Source of the DNA: the human T2T-CHM13v2.0 reference genome, Homo sapiens
DNA length: 64,000 nucleotides
Assembly (NCBI RefSeq): GCF_009914755.1
Contig: NC_060937.1
Direction: 5' to 3' (one strand)
Part shown: piece by piece, positions 54,250-64,000 of the stretch
Layout: every line of letters begins with the position of its first letter
How positions within the stretch are numbered: the first letter of the stretch is position 1
Program-made: the position numbers and the translations under genes
The notes under the pieces: generated by a model
Databases searched by the model: none
Told to the model about the DNA's origin: nothing
The model's input: only the letters and a program-made list of their open reading frames with translations

Positions 54250-54659
54250 TGATATAGTATGCATGTGTATCCCCACTCAAATCTAATGTTGAATTGTAAT
54301 CCCCGGTATTGGAGGTGGGGATAGGTGAGGGTTTACAGGATCAGGAGAGTGGGCTTCTCATGAATATTTTAGCAACATCTCCTTGATACTGTCTTCACAA
54401 TAGTGAGTTCTCATGAGATCTGGTTATTTAAAAGTGTGTAGCACCTCTCTTCTCTCTCTTTCTCCTGCTTTCGTCATGTGATGTACTTGATCGTGCTTTA
54501 CCTCTCACCATGAGTAAAAGCTCCATGAGGTCTCCTCAGGAAGATACTGTGCTGTGCTTTCTGTACAGCCGGCAGAACCGTGAGCTGACTAAACCTCTTT
54601 TCTTTAAAAATTACCCAGTCTGTTATTTCTTTATAGCAGTGTGAGAATGGAATAATACA
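54250..54659 (+). mobile_element. MaLR solo LTR (MSTA/MSTB-like)
   Basis: tgatatagt...caaatctaatgttgaattgtaatcccc...ctttatagcagtgtgagaatggaataataca. TSD acagt/acaat. Confidence 0.9.
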
Positions 54660-56744
54660 ACAATGATACAACTAAACTGAAATGCAATCTTTGAAGAATT
54701 GTCCAGCTATGGCTTGATAGTTTGTCTTCCTGTATTAAATGTAGTATGTTCTCATTGATTATTACTTTTCAATTATCTGCCTTTTCTTGTTTTCAAGTGT
54801 AATATCTACTTTTATCATTTTATATATTTGATACCAAATTATCTATTTAGTGACGAGGTTATTTGGAGCTTGGCTCATGACCTTGGATTTTCAGGGCCTG
54901 TAGAAGGTGAGAGTACCTGTTTCCTACAGTTAAGTGTTTAAGAGAAACAAGCGCCTCAAGAAGGATATTAAGATTCAAATATGAAATATCATACTTTTCT
55001 TTTAAAGCAGTGGTAACTGAGGAAGCTATGAGATTAAAATTAAGGATCTGAAAGCTCCAATGACTACAGCAGATAAAAGAAGGAGTTGTGAGATTGGAAA
55101 AGATGTGCAGGAATGTGGTCTGTAAATGCCAGGAACAGGACACTTTTGACTCTGAAGAGCTATTGTTTCTTCCTAACAGTAACATTGAAGAAGACCTCAA
55201 ATGTGAGAAAATCGACATCTTTTAGGCCTTTTTATTAGTAGTTTGCTTAATTTTAGAATCAAAACTTCTTTTTTGTGTAATTATTTTGTGAGAATTTTCA
55301 TCATAGCACTCAGGTACACATTTAATAACTTTAGTCACACATATTTAATCCAGTAAGATTTATTAAGTGAAAATATGTCAATAGTATGATAGTATTGTAG
55401 AAAGTTGTCCTATGTCTTTAAATTAGGTCATATATTTTCATAGAGTATCTAATACCCAACACTAACTATGAGTATAGCAGAATTTTTTTACAGATGCTCT
55501 CTCTATATCTACATCTATATCGAATCTATATCTATATCTATATATCTTTACCACGTCTTGTAACTGTCATAAACCACATCAGCATGAGACAACAGTGTTA
55601 TGTTTTGGGTATTTCAAAAGGTTTTACTGAAACCTGGTGCCTCCTGGAAACTGCAGCCTCATATGCTTGCTTTACATACTTGTATTTTGTTCCTAATTGT
55701 ATTAATATGTATGCTAAAATGCCTTCCTTCTCTTTCCACACTTCATGATTTGGTGCCAGGTAAAGTGTATTTCATAAAATGAATGATGAGAATATGCCTA
55801 CCAAGGACAACAGTGTCATTGAAAAAATATAGTAGTACATATTATATTTTACTCTGTTTATTTTGTATGTCAAAGAGTAATTATGTGAGATGTTTAATTG
55901 TAATTCCAAATAACAGCCATATATCCATAAGTCAGATAGGGGTGACTAAAAATCTCGTTAACTAATCCATTACATTAGCTAGTTATCATTAACCCAATAG
56001 CTTACAGAATGCTGACAAAGCTTAATGCCAAGTAGTTGTCATAGAAATCAACTCAATGAACCAATTCATTTTTAAGCTATAGACAAAATGTTGATTTCAA
56101 AACTTAGCTCATTGGATCCACTTCTGTAAAAGTTAGAAGCTACCTGACATCATATAACTTAGTAGATGTATATGATGTTTCAAAGGAAAAATATTGATAA
56201 TAACCTTAATAAATGATCATGAGTTTGTAATGAAGAAGAAATATCTTTGTTTTCCTACATAACAGAAAACATATTCCTAAAAATATCACAGGCTTAAAAT
56301 TTCGCTAACATTCTGGGAAAAATAGGCAGATTCAGAAGAAAAGTCAAAATATCTACACAGAATATCTCTAAAGCAGCAAAACCCTTCCTAAAAAGAGAAC
56401 AGCAATCGTGGTATTTCACAAATATATACTCCAGGGCATATTCCACATCTAACCATATTTTGCCTCTAATCTTCACTCTTAGCATCTGAAATAATTCCTT
56501 GTGAAGGTATCTTTTTTTTCTGAGATATCGCAAGCTTCTTTTTCCAAATGAAAAAAGGACTAATTGGCATGGTTTCTATCCCAAGTATCATCTTTGTCCT
56601 ACTGAATTCTCTTTGCTTTTTACCCACTTCCTAACTCCAAATGACATTTATAATTCACTTTTATTTATTTTATGAAGGCAATAACTAATATGCTATCATG
56701 AAACTTAATTGAATAAACAGAGATTATAGCAAGTTAATATTCAT

Positions 56745-56935
56745 ATAGGCCATGAATTAGAAAACCTGAGTCTTAATCCCAATGTAGCTACCATTTATCT
56801 ATACAAGTTTTTTTGAGCTGTGTAAACTCTGACATTAATTTCTTGATATTCAAAACAAACAATACATGTCCAAGATAGCTTCCAATCCTTGTAGTTATTG
56901 AACTATCAAATAATTGTATATGAAAATAATGTATC
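56745..56935 (+). mobile_element. MIR
   Basis: gaattagaaaacctgagtcttaatcccaatgtagctaccattta...ataattgtatatgaaaat. Confidence 0.5.
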
Positions 56936-57611
56936 TTTTCTTTTTTGAGATATTCTTGACAGTTAACATCCTAAAAACTACTGCATTTCAAGCATAAGTC
57001 CTCTTTGAAAACAATTAGTGTATTTGTCTGTTTTTTAAAAATCTTTGAGAATAGTGATGACTGAAACAAAAGGATTTGTTTTATATATGAACCTGGAACT
57101 TTGAGAAAACCCATCTGGGTTGTGTAAGTTGGTTTGAGATTTGTGTTGTTGTTTTCACCAATAAGTGTCAGGATAAATAGGTGACAAAACATAAGTAATT
57201 CCCTCCCTCCTAAGCTGCTTCTCAAGTGATCTAAAGTTGGGAATTTTTTTTTCTTCTCTCTGTAATAGCTAATGGATTTCATGGTTATCGTAAGAAATTG
57301 TTAGAATTTCTTTTTAAGATTCATATTCATTTTTCATTTATTCAGATATATTGAATACTTAAAACATTTATGTTTCAATTGTTTAAGATACCAAAGATAA
57401 TAAATTGAATGTATTTTTAATCAAGTAGAGTTGGTGACACAGCAATTCAATTCTGTACAATGGTAAAAACCATTACCTCAGCTATAATTGAAATCGTCAG
57501 TGATTTTTATTTTTAATTTGTATAGTAAATTGAGAGTTCAAGACTTAAATTGAATTCTTAGATATCTAACCAATCTGATCTACTAAGACACAGTACTTAA
57601 TATTACATATC

Positions 57612-57952
57612 TGTATTAGTCCATTCCCACATAGCTGTAAGGACAAACCTGAGACTGGGTAATTTATAAAAGAAAGAGGTTTAATAGACTCACAGTTCTG
57701 CAGAACTAGGTGGCCTCAGGAAACTTACAATCATGGTGGAAAGAGAAGAATGAGAACCGAGCTAAGGGGGAAGGCCTTATAAAACCATCAGATCTTGTGA
57801 GAACGAACTTACTATCATGAGAATTGCATGGGGGAAACCGCCCCCATGACTTAATTATCTCTCACTGAGTTCCTCCCATGACACATGGGGATTATGGGAA
57901 CTACATACAATTCAGTTTGAGATTTGGATGGGGACACAGCCAAGCCCTATCA
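57612..57952 (-). mobile_element. THE1 (THE1B/C-like) solo LTR
   Basis: tgtattagtccattcccac...cctgagactgggtaatttataaaagaaagaggtttaatagactcacagttc...ggggacacagccaagccctatca. Confidence 0.92.
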
Positions 57953-58241
57953 GTATTTTTTGTGTCTTCAGTGACAATTATGATTGGAAGCTGTCTTGGA
58001 CATTAAAAAATAAGTTATTCCTGAAAGTTCTCAGAAATTTAATGGCATTATTTAGCAATATGATTCCCAATTATTTCAAATCACTTAACCACACTATTGT
58101 ATTCTTCAGAAATGCCATTCATATAAAATGCAATCATTTCAGTTATCGGTACCTTCTTTTTTTAATCTGATGGCATTCTCTTTTCTAAACTAATATTTAT
58201 GGAACATTTGCTCATAGTCTCAAAACAGGAGTAAATACTAA

Positions 58242-58720
<479 letters not shown>

Positions 58721-59809
58721 CACTGATAACTGGAAGCTTTAGGCTCAGCGGCTCTCAGTTCTCAAGTCAGCGATGACTGATTCCCACAAGAAGATGATAT
58801 CCGATATCCATTATTGTTATAGACCTTGTAGTGATTGTGCCTGGGGATAGATCCAAACACCTGTGAATATATTAGGCCAAAGAGGTTCCATTAACACTTT
58901 ATCTTTTCAACTTTACATTAGTGGATGTTTTTCCCAGTTATATATTCAGCATTCAGCAATTCCAATTATTACTGGAGTAATAATGTGTTCATCAAATCCT
59001 AGTGTCCTGTGTAGCTGAGCAATCTAATAGCTCCTTCCCAATTGCTTTTAGTAATGTATATTGATGGAATGAATGATAGAGAGACCCACAGTTCTGTCAT
59101 TCCAAAATATTCCCAAGCTATTTATGAATACCCACTTGTATGTACTCCTAATCCTCTGGGTCAGAATTCCTGAATGTTGCCATCAGTTGAAAGTTAATTC
59201 CTTTTTCGTTTGGCCTTTGACTTTAACATTGAGTAGACAACCATATAGCTTGTGTGCTAGTTCTTGTTTTCCACTTCTGATCTCAGCTTATGTTGTCTAA
59301 ACTTCTTCTCTTGCCTATTATGAGTTCTTAGCTGAGATAAGCTATAAAGAAAAATATGTTCAGAATATTTATATTTAGGAAAAGGCTCTGATTCTGAACC
59401 TAGATCTTATAGTTAATAAAGCTCAATTAAAACTTGATTTGTATCAGATTGACCAATTTTAACCAGATTATATATGCAGTTTACTAGATGTCTGAGATCT
59501 TTGCTCATTTAATCTATATATAGGTACATAATTTGTCATCACTAAAATACACTCTTTGCAAAGAGTTTCTGTGGGAACAAAAAATAACAAATATGATATT
59601 TCTGAAATAGCTTTTGCACTAAGAATGCTGTTTTGTCCATGTTGCTTACTTCTCTAGGGTTATAGAATGGCTACTTAATTTTTATTAATACATTTGACTA
59701 GTCATACTTTAGTATTGCTTCCCTTAATATAGTTTCTATACCTTAAAAGAGAAAGTCTTCTAAGACATTAATTTGGTGAGGGCAAGTTTGCCTAAAAAAG
59801 CACTTTTTC

Positions 59810-60405
59810 CTAAAGGAAATCAGTATATTGAAGCAATATCTGTACTCCCATGTACATTGCAGCACTATTCACAATAACCAAGATATGGAATCAACCTAAG
59901 TGTCCATTAACAAATGAATGGATAAAGAAAATGTGGTACACATACACAATGAAATATTATTCATCCAAAAAATAATAAAATTCTGCCATTTGCAGCAAGA
60001 TAGATGAAACTAGAGGTTAAGTAAAATGAGCTAGGCAATGAAATATAATATGTTCTCATTCATATGTAGGAGCTAAAACAAAATTATCCCATGGGGGCAG
60101 AGAGTAGAATGGTGGTTACCAGAACCAGGGAAGGGAAGAGGGTGGTGGGCATTGAGGAGAGACTGGTTAATAGGTTCAAAAATGCAAATAGATAGAAGTT
60201 CTAGTGTTCAATAGCATACTAGGACAATTATCGTTAATAAGAATTTATTATATATTTTGAAATAGAAGGGAATATTTGAAATGTTTCCAACACAAATAAA
60301 TGATGTGGATATCCCAATTATTCCTTATTTGATAATTATGTATTGTATGCATGTATTTAAAAACCTCATATGCCTTATAAATATACAACTATTATATAGC
60401 AATAA
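59810..60405 (+). mobile_element. L1MA-like 3' end fragment
   Basis: atctgtactcccatgtacattgcagcactattcacaataaccaagatatggaatcaacctaagtgtcc...agagagtagaatggtggttaccaga...ataaatatacaactattat. Confidence 0.9.
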
Positions 60406-63221
60406 CAAGTACTTGAATAGAAAAAGTCCCTGAATAGAGTAATTAGCAAAAATAAATTTACAGCTATAGAACACAGAATCTTCACTCACAATGTGTATAC
60501 AGTTCAGAAATGACAGGTAGGCTTGAAAAGATAAATTAGGGTCAGGTTTTAAAATGCCTTGTATTTGAATTTAATGAACTAAATTTATCCTTATAATTCT
60601 TTGTTTCAAATAGAACTTTCCCTTGATGTTACTGAATAGAAATACCACTCTGAGATTTAAATTTCATCAAATGCCTCTCAGGTTGTTTGCATATATGTTT
60701 TGCATATTGCTCCAAATCAAATGCTTGTTACACATTAGACTTAAGACATATTTTATTCTGACTTTTTCATTGGAGCTTATGGCTTCCTCAGTGAAGGATG
60801 TATTCACTTTTAAGCTTCTGAAGCCCTATCCTCACATCTTTTCTTATATAGCCAAAGAGATAGAAAAGAATAGAGCTTTTGTATTTTACTCATATCCACA
60901 ACTACAATTTTTCAACTATTAACCTCTGCAGCAACCAGTTTATCACTTACTCGGTTTTGAAACTGACATAAGATTAGCTTCCTTGATAACCAGATCAGAA
61001 TGTTATTTCCAAGTGTTTACTAATGTACTATATTGTTTTTTCCATGAAAAACTGTCCCATATGTTGCTTCTAAAGAGAACTGTTGCATTGTCACAAAAAG
61101 TTGGGAGGCAACCTAATATGAACACTTTCATGTCTGTGTCACTTTATATTTTATGAAGTGTATTTTAAAGGCATTATGCCAATTAACGTTCACCTAACAA
61201 CATAAAGGAGTAGATCTTACTGCCATTTTGTAATTTAGAAAAATGAGTCCGAATGAAATTAGCTTATATACTTATGGTCACTCATAGCTTTATGTATTCA
61301 TTCATTAGAATTTAGAGATATAAAAGAGCTGAATAAATCAAATTAACTATAAAATTTAAATCGATTCAAGTTTGTTTACACATTAATATGTTTCATTTCT
61401 TTATATTATCTGTAGGTGTCTTTCAAGTTAGAAGTAATTTGCTTATTTGCTTATTTCTTACCTTACTTCTACTAAAATTTATATTTTTGTTGCGTTCTTG
61501 GCTGATGGATTTTTTTGAATTTCTTTTTTCAGTTTCCATGCATCAGTATTTTGTACTATCCATTCTCTCCCCGCCAATCTCTGCCCCTTTCTCTCTGTGT
61601 TTGTGAGTATGTATGTGTATGTGTGCATGTTTATCAGGATGGACTTTTTGTTATCTTTATATTCACAAAGACTTTAAACAGAACAAAACAAAACAAACTC
61701 CAAATCTTCAGAGCAGCCTGGCTCAAATGTAAAATTTTGTACTTTGTTATCCCACAATTATTCTTTCATGGAGCTATATGAGAAATTTGGTGACAGTTTA
61801 ATAAGGAAAAATGGCATTGTGTGCCTAATAACCGTACAAAATCCTCAAGCTTTCACTATAATGCAATTGAGAAAAGAATTGTTAAACCCCCCCACTTACC
61901 TTAGCAATGATAATGATTCAACGAAAAATTTATTTTTGAAGAAGTTACATTGAAACATTCAGTGAGTAAAATAATACATTTTATAGAAATGTTTAGAATA
62001 TGAAAATTATTGTGGGGTGATGCATTATTTATAATTTAAATTTATTAGTATAAAACTTCTATATAATACCTGGCTACCTTAAAGTGTAAAAATAGATATG
62101 AACTTATTGTTATAGACTCCTGGAGGTTATTTCTGCTTAAGTAAACATACACCATATTTATACATAATGGAGATCACATTCTACTTGAAGTGTGTGTATG
62201 TGTTTGTGTTTATGTAAGTTTAGTGAAAAATATTGTTATCCACATTAGCTTCTGGCTGTTCCATATACTTAAAGAATGCATGATCATAAATAAATGCTGG
62301 TTAAAATATTATGCTGTCATATACACACATTTCATTTGGCACATGTGACATTTTAGAAAAATAAGGAAAAAACTTCTTGAAATCTTCTGTTAAGCAATAT
62401 CTTTATAGCCATGATTTAAAAAATTTGAGTAGAGAAGATTGAACACTGAAATGAAAAAAGGACCTTGTAATTTACTTGTTACTTTTTTATTTGCACTTAA
62501 TTTATTGAAAACAAACAAAAAAACACGTGGATTTATTTTTCCTTCTTAAAAAATTTTCAAGGTTGAGCACACAACAGACTCAAATATTCCACAACTTAAA
62601 AAAATGGATACTTGAATTCATCCTTCTGTTATCCAGATTCACTGGGTTTTGATAGTCTGCTTTTGCTAGGAAATGAAGCTGTACACTTCGGTGTGGAAAC
62701 TGTTCTTCAGTATATTTGAAGATTTGAATTTGAATTAGCTGATTATACCTCAGCCTTCAGTTCCAGGTTTTACCTCACCCTTTAGTTTCAGGTTTTAAAA
62801 CAACAATGATACAGAAAAGTGCTTTCTTAATCTTTTATTTATTAAACCTATTTCACCATCTTTCAAATCCCTTAGAAACTGCCATGGATTAGCATCAAAG
62901 AGTGTAATGAAAATGTTGAAAATAAGGTACAGTCCAATCAAAGCTATGTTTTGCATTGCAAATTAAAAACATATTTTTTCTAAATGGAGATAAAGTATAT
63001 GGAAAATTCCTCCAAAAAGCATAATTTATTAAATTATTTTTTGCATCTCTGAGGTTAGTGACATTGTGTAATAAACATTTTTAAGATATTCATAGTTATT
63101 CATATATTTGTTTATGTTAATTGCTATTAATAACAGCAACATAGAACTATAATGCCTCAAAAGAGTAGGATATTTCAAACCTTGTAAAACAATGCTTAAT
63201 AATCTTGAACTTTTGGTTGAG

Positions 63222-63388
63222 AGCCAGGCACAGTGAATCATGCCTGTAGCCCCAAATACTCAGGAGGCTGAGGTGGTAGGATCGCTTGAGTCCAGGAGTT
63301 GGAGGCTGAAGGGAGCTGTGATTGCACCACTGCACTCCAATCTGGGTGATAGAGTGAGACCCTGTGTCAAAAACAGAAAAAAGAAACA
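63222..63388 (+). mobile_element. Free right Alu monomer (FRAM-like)
   Basis: Single arm with an A-rich tail. TSD gaacttttggt at 63207-63217 and 63389-63399 shows it inserted as a monomer. Confidence 0.85.
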
Positions 63389-64000
63389 GAACTTTTGGTA
63401 AGAATGTCAGAGATACAAAAACAATCCATTTAGTGTTCAAGAAATAATTCAATGACATTTTATAGAAAATAATGCAGATAAGTAAACGGTTTATCTTCAT
63501 TCATTATTTAGCAAATATTATGGGGACACATTTACAGTTACGTAATGGAAGTGTTGTCTAAAATCTACTGATAAAGACAAATTAAAATAGCAATTATAAA
63601 AATTATATTAAAATTGACATTTATTTACATTGTACCTTACTAAGAGAAAACAATCATTGTTTAAAGGATTTTTTTTTATTATTTCAAAACAGTCTTCAAA
63701 TAATGATAAGGTTCAAGACAAAAGTCACTTAATAAAGTTAATATATTTAATGTTGCCCACACAAATAATGCATATTTTTAAAATCATACATAAAATTTGA
63801 CAAATGCATATAAAATTAAGTAACCATGTAGAATATCACATTAAATTTCTAGTTTTATAAGAATTAAGTATTTGTATCGGCAATTTCAAAAAACATTAAT
63901 TTTATTAGGTGATTTTTGTCCCTGATAGCTATAGTTTTTTTGTTTGGTTCCTTTTTGGTTTTTCTTTTTGTTGATACTATTGCCAATATGTGTTATGATG

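Overview
This is AT-rich, gene-poor human genomic DNA; a near-consensus AluYa5 argues for human specifically. It is intergenic or deep intronic. I find no protein-coding gene, RNA gene or CRISPR array: the listed ORFs are repeat-derived or chance, and only decayed L1 ORF2 pieces resemble a real protein. The window is a layered record of transposon insertions: ancient L2, MIR, MER5A and MLT; L1M/L1MA/L1MB/L1MC; ERV1 and MaLR solo LTRs (MER50, MER4A, MST/THE1); L1PA fragments; Alus; and a full CpG-rich LTR12C solo LTR carrying an AluY. The best candidate for unannotated function is a leftward LTR12C-driven spliced non-coding transcript. A consensus GTAAGT donor starts at the first base outside the LTR, inside its target-site duplication (TSD), and candidate minus-strand exons lie downstream. 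Other oddities are two local non-TE duplications, a templated inverted insertion in MER4A, and a tiny twin-primed L1. Subfamily names come from recalled consensus sequences, not a database search, and boundaries of old repeats are approximate. I cannot claim a new biological system from sequence alone.
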